From positions 1 through 60,236 of the IMG/VR virus record IMGVR_UViG_3300017714_002351: DNA of 60,236 nucleotides; one strand, 5' to 3'. Every line of letters begins with the position of its first letter. Positions within the stretch are counted from its first letter, which is position 1. A model generated the notes under the pieces. It worked only from the letters and a program-made list of their open reading frames with translations. It had not been told where the DNA came from and did no database searches. Positions 28,108 through 37,008 of this stretch are shown here, one piece after another. Made by a program: the position numbers and the translations under genes. The stretch comes from a virus (lineage: Duplodnaviria > Caudoviricetes).

Positions 28108-28317
28108 ATGCACGAGTTTGTTATAAAAGACAAGGGTCAATTAGTCACGTACACAGAGTACGAAGCTATACCTAATGAATTCGACCATGTAATTAAGTTC
28201 TTACCTGAAGTTCCACCAGAACCTCATACTGAAGAACAGCATGAAGAGATTGAACAGTGGAATATAAAGTTGCAAGAACTAATGAAAAAGGAGAGATCAT
28301 ATGCCAGCAGTAACTAG
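28108..28317 (+). CDS. Hypothetical protein
   Basis: Starts 5 nt after TAAATA; FDHVIKFLPEVPPEPHT. Confidence 0.7.
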   Translation: MHEFVIKDKGQLVTYTEYEAIPNEFDHVIKFLPEVPPEPHTEEQHEEIEQWNIKLQELMKKERSYASSN

Positions 28318-28588
28318 AGTAGGTGACGCCGACGTTGCCCATTGTAGCGGAATGACAAGAGCAGTAGGATCTGGTAATGTATTTGCTAACAACATTCCTG
28401 TTTCAAGACAGGGTGACGTTAACACAGGACATTTACTTCCACCTGTACCATGTCCGTCACACTCGGCACCAATAGCAGTAGGATCAACAACAGTATTCAC
28501 CAATAACGTAGGAACGGGCAGGGTTGGAGACGCAATAGCAGGGTGTACTTCGGTCGCGGCAGGCTCTTCAAACGTTTTTGCAGGATAA
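28301..28588 (+). CDS. PAAR-repeat baseplate spike tip protein (gp5.4-like)
   Basis: PAVTRVGD, PVSRQGD, GRVGD repeats with His/Cys metal ligands. Confidence 0.9.
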   Translation: MPAVTRVGDADVAHCSGMTRAVGSGNVFANNIPVSRQGDVNTGHLLPPVPCPSHSAPIAVGSTTVFTNNVGTGRVGDAIAGCTSVAAGSSNVFAG

Positions 28589-28675
28589 TTTCGCCAATTA
28601 AGGCACCAACAAACCACATTTACACAATAACATTACAATTTACAATAATTAATTACGAATATAGGAGATAATATT

Positions 28676-28855
28676 ATGTCAAACATTCATGAACAGATCG
28701 TAGCTGAATACGAAAACTATATGAAAGAGTCAGAATCTTTCGAATCAAAAAACGTTAAAGCGGCGGCGGCAAGAGCAAGAAAAGCCTTAGGTAACATGGG
28801 TAAACTTGCTAAATCAAGAAGAGCAGAAATCCAAGAGAAGAAAAACTCTCTATAA
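28676..28855 (+). CDS. Hc1/histone-H1-like small DNA-binding protein (not in ORF track)
   Basis: MSNIHEQIV...NVKAAAARARKALGNMGKLAKSRRAEIQ; AGGAG RBS; downstream hairpin. Confidence 0.7.
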   Translation: MSNIHEQIVAEYENYMKESESFESKNVKAAAARARKALGNMGKLAKSRRAEIQEKKNSL

Positions 28856-28994
28856 TAATTTCTAGAAATACATTTATAGCATGACTAACCCTCATGCTAT
28901 ATTTGTATGTACATAATTCTATTAACAAAATCATAAATACTCTAGTACAAATTGTTTATTACAAAACATAATCACGAAGGATTAATAAAAAAAT

Positions 28995-29222
28995 ATGAGT
29001 GAGCGAGTCGTTGGCAAACTGAAATGGTTTGACGCAAAAAAAGGTTACGGGTTTATAACTCCCGATGATGGCGGACAAGATGTGTTCGTACATATATCTG
29101 CCTTTGAAGGTGCACAGATAACTAACATTTCGAATAAGATGCTACTAGAATATGAACTTGTTGATAACAGGGGCCGAATGATAGCAGGTAACCTTGTTCG
29201 TCCTGATAACTTCAACAGATAA
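28995..29222 (+). CDS. cspA: Cold-shock domain protein
   Basis: GKLKWFDAKKGYGFI (RNP1), DVFVHISA (RNP2). Confidence 0.93.
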   Translation: MSERVVGKLKWFDAKKGYGFITPDDGGQDVFVHISAFEGAQITNISNKMLLEYELVDNRGRMIAGNLVRPDNFNR

Positions 29223-29223
29223 T

Positions 29224-29421
29224 TTAGATCGATTTAAAAGGCTTAGGCAATCCGTCTGAGCCATATATCATTTCGCCTGTGTCAATAAAGGCTCCACACA
29301 TACGACCGTTGGCGTGTTTACCGTAATACTTAACTGGCTTGACTTCTACCAATTCACCATCTCGAAGTGCAGTCCTTTTATAGTTCTCAGACTTGACTCC
29401 TCTTTGCTTTACTCCAGCCAT
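29224..29421 (-). CDS. Small hypothetical protein
   Basis: Adjacent to 29423 gene; convergent with csp. Confidence 0.65.
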   Translation of the reverse strand: MAGVKQRGVKSENYKRTALRDGELVEVKPVKYYGKHANGRMCGAFIDTGEMIYGSDGLPKPFKSI

Positions 29422-29422
29422 G

Positions 29423-29671
29423 TTACTTTCCTAACTTCGCTTTCAAGGCCGCTCTCTTTTGTTCTATAAGTGCCGCCTGGCGTATTTTTCTACCTAGTGG
29501 TAGACGTTGTATCATTTCGTACATTCCGCCTTTTTTGGCTTCCCATTCTACTCTGACTTGTTTGCTTTTGGTATTGCCTTGGAAGGCTTTGACTGCCTTT
29601 CTTAGGCTTGTTGATTCTTTGGTTTCTACATTCTCGCCGTCATAGAAAGTATATGTTCTCATTTTGGGCAT
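29423..29671 (-). CDS. Small basic hypothetical protein
   Basis: Likely start MPKMRTYTF with AAGGA RBS. Confidence 0.65.
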   Translation of the reverse strand: MPKMRTYTFYDGENVETKESTSLRKAVKAFQGNTKSKQVRVEWEAKKGGMYEMIQRLPLGRKIRQAALIEQKRAALKAKLGK

Positions 29672-29739
29672 GGTAAATCCTTTGACATTAGTTATGCCAG
29701 AAGAGTAATATATGCACTTAAATAGGTTAAATATAGGTG

Positions 29740-30055
29740 TAATTGATGACAGCAACGTATGTCACATGAACAGGACCCGGGGGCGGTACCCGGCGCCTCC
29801 ACCATAAACACATTTACCGAGTGTGCTTATGATGGGGGCGAAATAGGATCGACTGGCTTGTTAAGGTTGAACGAGATTACCGGGATGTAAGCTCCGTTAA
29901 CGCGAACAAACGTTATAGATGCAAACGATAATGCACTATCCAACGTAACTTTTGTAGATTTTTCTGCACCAGTTACTGCGGTGAATGAGGATTTTGCTCT
30001 AGCGGCATAATCGCTCGGGGTTGGCAACTTACCTAGCAACAGAAAAGTTGCGCCT
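29740..30055 (+). ncRNA. ssrA: Two-piece (circularly permuted) tmRNA; ends approximate
   Basis: T-arm and CGCCTCC-A-CCA end at 29804 precede GGGGGCGAAATAGGATCGAC at 29834; acceptor stem has G3:U70; tag frame 29921..30010 ANDN...FALAA. Confidence 0.93.
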
Positions 30056-30136
30056 ATTACTACATAGACTACGACTATAATAGCTTAGACTAAAAAATCA
30101 AATAAATATATCGCTAGGTGAGAAGGAGTAATTATA

Positions 30137-31198
30137 ATGCCACCACGCAATCATAGAAATTGGTTAGCAGAACCAAAAGTAGAATATATTAGTAGCGAGT
30201 GTTACAACAATCAAGACATACACGACCAAGAACAAGAACAAATCTTTAGTAAGGTTTGGATACCTATGTGTCATAAGAGTGAACTACCAAACGAGTTAGA
30301 CTACCGAACAACACAGATAGCAGGTGTAAATGTTATCGCATACAACACAGGCAAAGGATTCAAAGCATATCGTAACTATGGCAGTTGGGCACCAGCAGGA
30401 ACACTAGGAGCACCTATTGTAACTGTTGAACCGCAGTTGCATTTGGAAGTAAAGCACGGAGGTATGATATGGGTAACACTAAACCCTGATCCTGATCAAA
30501 CTGTAGAACAATGGACGGCAGGTGCATTTGATTGTATCGCTGATGCTATTGACACAGAGGAACTAGAAGTATTCCATTATCATAAAGCAATCATTCCTAC
30601 TAACTATAAACTATGGCACGATACTAACAGTGAATTCTATCATGACTTCATGCACTACTTTAATCGTGTAACAGGATTCAATGATGAATATTTTGCACGT
30701 AAGAATATTGCGTTCGATAACGGTCATGTAAACGTAAGTTCTTTTACTGTCAACTATACCGAGTTTGATAAAGATGGAGATAGAGGAGAGTTAAGTTTTC
30801 CTAACTTGCCACCCAACCAATGGTATATGGTAGACTTGTTTCCAGGCTTCAACTTTAACCTACGTGGAAGTGCATATAGATCAGATAGTGTTACTCCATT
30901 AGGACCTAACAAAGTTCTTATTGAGTTTAGGGGTTATGGATTAAAGAATGATACCAAAGAAGAAAGACTTACACGTATCAGACACCATAATACTATTTGG
31001 GGACCTTTTGGTAGAAACTTACACGAAGACTTGCTAGGTGTTACAGGACAGGGTGCATCAATGGCTCCAGGTACTGAACGTAGAAACATACTACATGGTA
31101 GACACGAAAACTCAACTATCCACGATGAAGTTGGTATGCGTCACTACTATGCAGAATGGGGCAAGTACCTAGATGTAAATCCATCTAATCCATTATAG
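30137..31198 (+). CDS. Aromatic ring-hydroxylating oxygenase alpha-like protein lacking the Rieske cluster motif
   Basis: EQEQIFSKVWIPMCHKSELP N-terminus, NYKLWHDTNSEFYHDFMH iron site, HED; no CxH/CxxH pair in the Rieske region. Confidence 0.8.
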   Translation: MPPRNHRNWLAEPKVEYISSECYNNQDIHDQEQEQIFSKVWIPMCHKSELPNELDYRTTQIAGVNVIAYNTGKGFKAYRNYGSWAPAGTLGAPIVTVEPQLHLEVKHGGMIWVTLNPDPDQTVEQWTAGAFDCIADAIDTEELEVFHYHKAIIPTNYKLWHDTNSEFYHDFMHYFNRVTGFNDEYFARKNIAFDNGHVNVSSFTVNYTEFDKDGDRGELSFPNLPPNQWYMVDLFPGFNFNLRGSAYRSDSVTPLGPNKVLIEFRGYGLKNDTKEERLTRIRHHNTIWGPFGRNLHEDLLGVTGQGASMAPGTERRNILHGRHENSTIHDEVGMRHYYAEWGKYLDVNPSNPL

Positions 31199-31201
31199 CT
31201 C

Positions 31202-31230
31202 TTGACATCTCTGTCAATATGTGTTATGCT
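31202..31230 (+). promoter_or_regulatory. Sigma70-like promoter with dyad over -35
   Basis: TTGACA-17-TATGCT; TTGACA-TCTC-TGTCAA inverted repeat. Confidence 0.6.
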
Positions 31231-31271
31231 TTAGCTATAACTTTATAATTACATACAAGGAGTACATTCCG

Positions 31272-31376
31272 ATGGCTACATATTTGACAGTACTAGGGGT
31301 AGCATTAGTAGTTAATACTATCCATGTAGCGGTAACAGGGCACCAAATAATGCTTTGTCTATCCGGTTGTAATTAA
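31272..31376 (+). CDS. 34-aa hydrophobic peptide (not in ORF track)
   Basis: AAGGAG RBS; MATYLTVLGVALVVNTIHVAVTGHQIMLCLSGCN. Confidence 0.55.
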   Translation: MATYLTVLGVALVVNTIHVAVTGHQIMLCLSGCN

Positions 31377-31385
31377 CACTCTTCC

Positions 31386-31462
31386 GGGGGTGTAGCTCAG
31401 TTGGTTAGAGCGTCCGCCTGTCACGCGGAAGGCCGAGGGTTCGAGTCCCTTCACTCCCGCCA
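31386..31462 (+). tRNA. tRNA-Asp(GTC)
   Basis: GGGGGTG/CACTCCC acceptor, CTGTCAC loop, GTTCGAG T-loop, G discriminator, CCA. Confidence 0.95.
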
Positions 31463-31484
31463 TTATAATAACAGAGGTATATTT

Positions 31485-32174
31485 GTGGATAAATTTATAT
31501 TTGATGTCGACGGCACACTAACACCAAGCCGAAGACCGATTGACGACGACTTTGCAGTATTCTTTTCAGACTTTTGTGCAGAGCATGATTGCTATCTAGT
31601 AACAGGTAGTGATAGAGAAAAAACAATAGAACAAATAGGGGAAGAAATATATAGCCTTGCCCAACGTGTTTACAACTGTTCAGGTAGCGATGCTTACGAA
31701 GGTAGTAAGAATGTATATGCTGACCCATGGACACTTCCAGATGATACTAGAACGTGGTTAGAACAAACTCTTAAGGCAAGTACGTTTGGCTTACGAACAG
31801 GATTACATATTGAAGAACGTACAGGTATGGTTAACTTTAGTATTGTAGGACGAAATGCTACAATGGGTGAACGACAACTATATGTTAAGTACGACAAAGA
31901 AGAACAAGAACGTAACAGAATTGCTAAAGAGTTCAACGCCAAGTTTCCAGACTTGATTGCAACTGTTGGTGGAGACACTGGCATAGACATATCTCCTAAG
32001 GGTAATGACAAGAGTCAGATCCTAAGAGACTTTGACCCTAAAGATACCCTATGGTTCTTTGGTGATGCTATGGATCCTAGCGGTAATGACTATACACTAG
32101 CAAAGTGTAAGGAAGTTAATGCCGTAGCAGTTGAAAGCTGGAAAGACACACGTAACAGACTAAAAGCATTATAA
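31485..32174 (+). CDS. HAD-superfamily phosphomannomutase-like hydrolase
   Basis: FDVDGTLT, VTGSD, GMVNFSIVGRNA, FFGD...GNDY; GTG start after GAGG. Confidence 0.85.
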   Translation: MDKFIFDVDGTLTPSRRPIDDDFAVFFSDFCAEHDCYLVTGSDREKTIEQIGEEIYSLAQRVYNCSGSDAYEGSKNVYADPWTLPDDTRTWLEQTLKASTFGLRTGLHIEERTGMVNFSIVGRNATMGERQLYVKYDKEEQERNRIAKEFNAKFPDLIATVGGDTGIDISPKGNDKSQILRDFDPKDTLWFFGDAMDPSGNDYTLAKCKEVNAVAVESWKDTRNRLKAL

Positions 32175-32246
32175 CCGTCCCTTATATCCACATATAACTA
32201 TAGCTTATTTTGGTAAATAACTGCATACTTTATAGGAGTAGTTATT

Positions 32247-32393
32247 ATGGCAAAGTTATATGGAACAGCATCGATACACGTTTCTACACCAAAGAAAACA
32301 TCACAGTCTTCTAAGAAAAGATCTTGCAAACTTGCTTCTATGAACAAGAAGAAAAAACGCAGTTTAAAGTTTTACAGGGGGCAAGGGAAGTAA
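32247..32393 (+). CDS. Small basic protein ending YRGQGK (not in ORF track)
   Basis: AGGAG RBS; MAKLYGTAS...MNKKKKRSLKFYRGQGK; TAATG coupling to nuclease. Confidence 0.75.
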   Translation: MAKLYGTASIHVSTPKKTSQSSKKRSCKLASMNKKKKRSLKFYRGQGK

Positions 32394-32824
32394 TGTACGA
32401 GTACAAATGCAAAATATTAAGAGTAGTAGACGGTGATACAGTAGATATCGATATAGATTTGGGTTTTGGTATGTGGATGCACAAAGAACGAGTTAGAATG
32501 ATGGGCATCGACACACCAGAATCTAGAACACGTGATAAGGTGGAGAAGAAATTTGGACTCGCATCAAAGGCCAGACTTAAAGAACTGTTACCAGTTGGAT
32601 CAAAGCAACATCTTAAAACAGAAATCGATCGAAGCGGAGAAGATAAAAAAGGCAAGTTCGGAAGAATACTTGGAGACTTTATCGTCAACGAAAAGAGATG
32701 CACTGATATTCTTATTGAAGAGGGATATGCTGTAGTGTATACTGGCCAGAACAAAGACGAAGTAGAGCAGGCACATTTAAATAATAGAGATAGACTTATT
32801 AAAGAAGGAAAGGTCACCCTCTAA
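32393..32824 (+). CDS. Thermonuclease (SNase-like) family protein
   Basis: RVVDGDTVD, RMMGIDTPESR, GKFGRILG. Confidence 0.9.
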   Translation: MYEYKCKILRVVDGDTVDIDIDLGFGMWMHKERVRMMGIDTPESRTRDKVEKKFGLASKARLKELLPVGSKQHLKTEIDRSGEDKKGKFGRILGDFIVNEKRCTDILIEEGYAVVYTGQNKDEVEQAHLNNRDRLIKEGKVTL

Positions 32825-33078
32825 TGTTAAAAATACTTGTTGTTGTTTTGATGACGGGTATGACACCAACAGGCTCTCAGGATTTGTATGTCTTTACTGA
32901 TCCCAAGTTTGATACAATCGCAGAATGCCAAGCATGGAGCCAAGGTAACGTACCAGCTATAACGTATAGTGTCCGAAGAGAATACGGAACTAGACCAATA
33001 GAAGAAATTTACTGTATGCGAGAAGAACTGCTCAAAAAGTTTTTGGAAGACCCCAAAAGCCAATTCAAAAACGTATAA
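32824..33078 (+). CDS. Small exported hypothetical protein
   Basis: Hydrophobic N-terminus, two Cys. Confidence 0.65.
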   Translation: MLKILVVVLMTGMTPTGSQDLYVFTDPKFDTIAECQAWSQGNVPAITYSVRREYGTRPIEEIYCMREELLKKFLEDPKSQFKNV

Positions 33079-33131
33079 ATTAGTTTACCAAAACACTTGA
33101 CACTACACTAAAATTGTGTTACATTTAATAC

Positions 33132-33287
33132 ATGAATGCAATATTTGTGATAGTGTGTTTTTTTATCGGATTAGTTGGTTTAGGCTATTCCATGCATCTA
33201 CCTTACGATAGTGAGCTAGGCGAAAACATCCTTGTAATATCTGCAGTCTTAGTAGCAGGACCTATATTAATTTTTTGGCGAGGATAG
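33132..33287 (+). CDS. 51-aa two-TM protein (not in ORF track)
   Basis: MNAIFVIVCFFIGLVGLG...; ATG 6 nt after TTGACA-17-TACATT promoter. Confidence 0.6.
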   Translation: MNAIFVIVCFFIGLVGLGYSMHLPYDSELGENILVISAVLVAGPILIFWRG

Positions 33288-33291
33288 ATCT

Positions 33292-33762
33292 ATGACCATG
33301 CACTTACAAAGAGGACTTACAACTCTCAACACATCAACAAGAAAAAAGAAACGTAAGATAACCAAAGCAAAGTTAGAACGTTGGGCACTTGACCTACGAA
33401 AGTATAACAAGCAAATGAAAAGTTTGGGTATGCACGGACATATGATGACCATGGATCAATATGTTGATTATGTACATGGCCAATTTATTCCTGCCCAATC
33501 CAAAAAAGTGTCTATGGTAACAACACCGTGGCACCAATCAGGTGTGTCTTTTGAAAGGACTACTAAACATATTCCTTCACACACTAGTTCGGCTAGTTTC
33601 GCCCCAGCACTCAAAAAAGAATCCATGCAGTACACAGGAGAACGTAAATTGGTTGGTATTGCAACAATGCACAAATCAAATATGGTTCCAATCTTTGCAG
33701 ATGATGAGGACAAAACGGGCAAGAAGGCCGCTACCGAAATCGCAACCATGCGTAGAAATTAG
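33292..33762 (+). CDS. Hypothetical phage protein
   Basis: YTGERKLVGIATMHKSNMVPIF; GAGGA RBS. Confidence 0.75.
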   Translation: MTMHLQRGLTTLNTSTRKKKRKITKAKLERWALDLRKYNKQMKSLGMHGHMMTMDQYVDYVHGQFIPAQSKKVSMVTTPWHQSGVSFERTTKHIPSHTSSASFAPALKKESMQYTGERKLVGIATMHKSNMVPIFADDEDKTGKKAATEIATMRRN

Positions 33763-33847
33763 ATTATTTTGGTAAAAAAGAACTTGACCTTTTCTGGATT
33801 AGGTGCTATTATATAAACATAATGAAGATAAACTTACGGAGGCTTTA

Positions 33848-34405
33848 ATGAAAGGCACAATTAAAAATCTGACACTAGTCGCTACAATGGCGGTACTTAT
33901 GTCAGCTTGTTCTACTATGACTACTGTTGTAGAAAAGGACACAGACGTCGTACCTAATTGGTATATGAAGTGTAAAGATACTGGAACAGAAGGTTGGTTC
34001 TGGTGGAGCAAAGACTACTACTATGCTTGTGGTAGCGGAGTAAGTGGCTTTAAAGAAGCGGCTTATGACAAAGCAATTCAAATAGCAAAAGTAAAAATCG
34101 CTGATAGAATCAACGGTGCAGTAAACAAGAGAACTACAATCGAGTATAATGATGCTGGTTCAGAGGAGAGTTTAAGCTCTACTCAACAGTCACAGGTATT
34201 GATTGTTAACAAGATTACTGACACAGTGGTAAGACACTATTCATCAACTGATGGTTACTTGTATAAAAGAAATGGCAAGTACTTCCATTTTGTTATGTTG
34301 AAGCTTAATAAAGAAATCGTTGATCAGCTTGTAGCAGAATCTCTTGCTAAGACTGTAAAGGTTGATACGAAAAGCATCAACAAGTCTGCAAGTCAACTTA
34401 ACTAG
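33848..34405 (+). CDS. Lipoprotein (LPP20-like)
   Basis: Lipobox MSAC; VPNWY; GGAGG RBS. Confidence 0.7.
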   Translation: MKGTIKNLTLVATMAVLMSACSTMTTVVEKDTDVVPNWYMKCKDTGTEGWFWWSKDYYYACGSGVSGFKEAAYDKAIQIAKVKIADRINGAVNKRTTIEYNDAGSEESLSSTQQSQVLIVNKITDTVVRHYSSTDGYLYKRNGKYFHFVMLKLNKEIVDQLVAESLAKTVKVDTKSINKSASQLN

Positions 34406-34414
34406 GAGAAGAGT

Positions 34415-34756
34415 ATGAAACATCTTCTATACATTATAGGTCTCATGTTTTTATGTACGGCCTGTAGTGCAACTAACAAGTTGACCTTAGAGGAAAGCGG
34501 ACATCAATACTGTGAAACTGATAAGACCATTATCGATAAAAATGGTTCTACAGATAGCACACAAATAACCAAGTGTAGCGATGACCCGGTAAAGAAACTA
34601 TTACCACCTAAGATGGGTATGGGAACACAATGCCAAGAACATTGGTACACTATTTTAATCAATGGCAAACAAGTCGAACGTAAAGGCTATGCTTGTCTAT
34701 TTAAAGGTAAGGATTATGAAAGCAGTAAATGGTATATTGTTACTAGCCCTTATTAG
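34415..34756 (+). CDS. Lipoprotein
   Basis: Lipobox CTAC. Confidence 0.7.
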   Translation: MKHLLYIIGLMFLCTACSATNKLTLEESGHQYCETDKTIIDKNGSTDSTQITKCSDDPVKKLLPPKMGMGTQCQEHWYTILINGKQVERKGYACLFKGKDYESSKWYIVTSPY

Positions 34757-35159
34757 TATATTAGGGGCTTGTAGCTCTACAAGTGGCGTACAAACTTACA
34801 ACACCACGGACACAACTACATCAAGTGTCCAATCAACTTATCAACCAGCAAACGGTTATGTAGGTGTCGTTGTTAATTTAACTAAATGGCATTGGTACAG
34901 ATTACCTGCTGAAGATAGAATGAAGCAAGAACAGGCAGTCTATTTTGCACTAGATAACGTAGAAAACGGAGATGGTACTAGTTGGTACAACAACAATACA
35001 GGATCCAACGGAGAAGTTATCGTTGTTAGCACTTATCCTATGGGTAGTGGCTATTGCAGAGTAATGTTAAGTAAGCTGAATTACAAAGGTAAACTTAGGC
35101 ATTTTAAGGAAACCGCTTGTCGTGAAACAGGCCATGAAGGCTGGAGATTTTTAAGGTAA
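34716..35159 (+). CDS. Lipoprotein, RT0821/17-kDa surface-antigen-like
   Basis: Lipobox LGAC; ALD...W-x-N...YCR...TACR...W pattern. Confidence 0.7.
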   Translation: MKAVNGILLLALISILGACSSTSGVQTYNTTDTTTSSVQSTYQPANGYVGVVVNLTKWHWYRLPAEDRMKQEQAVYFALDNVENGDGTSWYNNNTGSNGEVIVVSTYPMGSGYCRVMLSKLNYKGKLRHFKETACRETGHEGWRFLR

Positions 35160-35212
35160 TTTACTTAAAATTGTAGATAAATATGTTATACAAAGAGTTT
35201 AGAGGGAGCAGT

Positions 35213-36871
35213 ATGTTATTAGGAATATTGACATTTCTATCTGCACTTACAATTAGTGCGGTAGCTATATACTATTCGGTTGCAGGATTGGCGGCTATAT
35301 TTGCCGCGGCTGTTATCCCGATTATAATAATGGGAGTGTCGTTAGAGGTTGGAAAACTTGTTACGGCAGTCTGGTTGCACAGGCACTGGAGTCGAGCTAC
35401 ATGGTGGCTTAAGACTTATCTGTCGGTTGCAGTATTCGTATTGATGTTTATAACGTCAATGGGTATCTTTGGGTTCTTATCCAAAGCACATATCGAACAA
35501 ACAAGTATGTCACAAGAGCAAGTAGCTCTTATAGAAACTATCGACGGTAAGATAGTACGTTCAGAAGGTAAGATAGAACGTTGGACTACAGAAATGGATC
35601 GCTTGTTAGCAGGTGAAGACATTCGTGTTGATAGTCTTATTGATCGTGAACAAATAGAATTAGATAAAATTAATGCACTTATTAAAGCAGAGAAAGACGA
35701 CATAAGAAAAGACTTTGATAAGCAAATAGAATTACAGAATCAAAGAATCAAACAAGCAAAAGAACGTAAGGACGCAGATATACAAGCGGCCAAGGATAGA
35801 TTCGAAGGCAGTTTAGGTGGCGGTTCTAAGTATGACAAAGCAGTAGAGAAAGCAAAGGCAAACGAATTAAGTGTAGCAAGTTCGGCACAAAAGGAAATAC
35901 GTGCTATTAATAGCAAACTTAATGAAGCACTTGCAACTGTTGATACAAAGTATGCCAATGATATAAAAGCAATACAGGATAGAATACAGGATCTACGTGG
36001 ACAAGCTAATGCTAAGACAGAAGACCTAGATGCTAGGATTACAGAGCTAGAATTATTCATTGACAAAGAACAGGTAGTCATTGATGATGTTAGAGAAGAG
36101 AAGTTTGAATACGAAAAGACTTACAGACAACTTGAAGCTGAAGTAGGACCTATTAAGTATATTGCTGAATTCATATATGGTGAACAAGCAAATCAAAACT
36201 TACTAGAGTCAGCAGTACGTTGGGTAATCATAATTATTATCTTTGTGTTTGATCCACTTGCAGTATTACTTCTTATTGCTTCACAGTACACATTTCAATT
36301 TGTGAGAGAGGACAAAGGACCTAAGTCGCCCCCAAAGTCCGATCCGGATCCAGACGAGCCTGACGATCCGGAAGAACAACAAAAGTTTGAAGATGTTAGT
36401 CAAGAAGAACTAGCAGAAGAAGAACGCAGAGAGCTCGAGCAACTTCGTGCAGAAAAGATAGCACTAAACGTTGCACCATCACTAGAAACAGGACCTAAGG
36501 TAGAGGATGCCTTTGATCCTGATGAAGTTGAATACGAGTTGCAAGATACAAAGATTGAAGAATTCAAGAAACGTGAAGAGGAAGAAAAAGCGGAACTTGA
36601 ACGAATAGCTAAAGAGGCCGCAGAGGAAGAACCAAAAAAGAATCCACCTGAATACTTTGGCGAAGATGAATATGTTCCAAATGAAAACATTAAAGAAGAA
36701 GCACAGGATCTTGATAAATGGAACAAATGGGTAGAAGCCGCAGAAGAAGAAGTTGCTAAAGAAGAAGAAAATAAAGAATATCCAGATACTGCTAACAGAA
36801 TCTTTTATGGCGAAGAAGTAAAGCAATTAGACGAAGCTCAAAAAAAACGGAGACAGGATCCAATTACATAA
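35213..36871 (+). CDS. Membrane-anchored coiled-coil protein with acidic tail
   Basis: Three N-terminal TMs (TSMGIFGFLSKAH), long coiled coil, TM (IFVFDPLAV), E-rich tail; ends shortly after A8 run. Confidence 0.8.
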   Translation: MLLGILTFLSALTISAVAIYYSVAGLAAIFAAAVIPIIIMGVSLEVGKLVTAVWLHRHWSRATWWLKTYLSVAVFVLMFITSMGIFGFLSKAHIEQTSMSQEQVALIETIDGKIVRSEGKIERWTTEMDRLLAGEDIRVDSLIDREQIELDKINALIKAEKDDIRKDFDKQIELQNQRIKQAKERKDADIQAAKDRFEGSLGGGSKYDKAVEKAKANELSVASSAQKEIRAINSKLNEALATVDTKYANDIKAIQDRIQDLRGQANAKTEDLDARITELELFIDKEQVVIDDVREEKFEYEKTYRQLEAEVGPIKYIAEFIYGEQANQNLLESAVRWVIIIIIFVFDPLAVLLLIASQYTFQFVREDKGPKSPPKSDPDPDEPDDPEEQQKFEDVSQEELAEEERRELEQLRAEKIALNVAPSLETGPKVEDAFDPDEVEYELQDTKIEEFKKREEEEKAELERIAKEAAEEEPKKNPPEYFGEDEYVPNENIKEEAQDLDKWNKWVEAAEEEVAKEEENKEYPDTANRIFYGEEVKQLDEAQKKRRQDPIT

Positions 36872-37008
36872 CAAAGGTAAGCAACAAGCAGATCCGTCAA
36901 CAAACCAATCCGGACGACTCCGACCAGACCTAACAGAAGTATACGTTCAAAATTCAGAACAGGACCAGAACTCCATTTGGAAGAAGATCCGCAAAAATAA
37001 GTAATACT

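Noticed and set aside
29827-30039. 70-aa minus-strand ORF
   Set aside because: Antisense shadow of the tmRNA coding piece
31401-31484. N-terminal extension of the HAD hydrolase
   Set aside because: Overlaps tRNA-Asp; GTG at 31485 has a GAGG RBS and precedes the HAD motif
32324-32392. N-terminal extension of the SNase gene
   Set aside because: Region belongs to the 32247..32393 ORF; nuclease starts at the coupled ATG 32393
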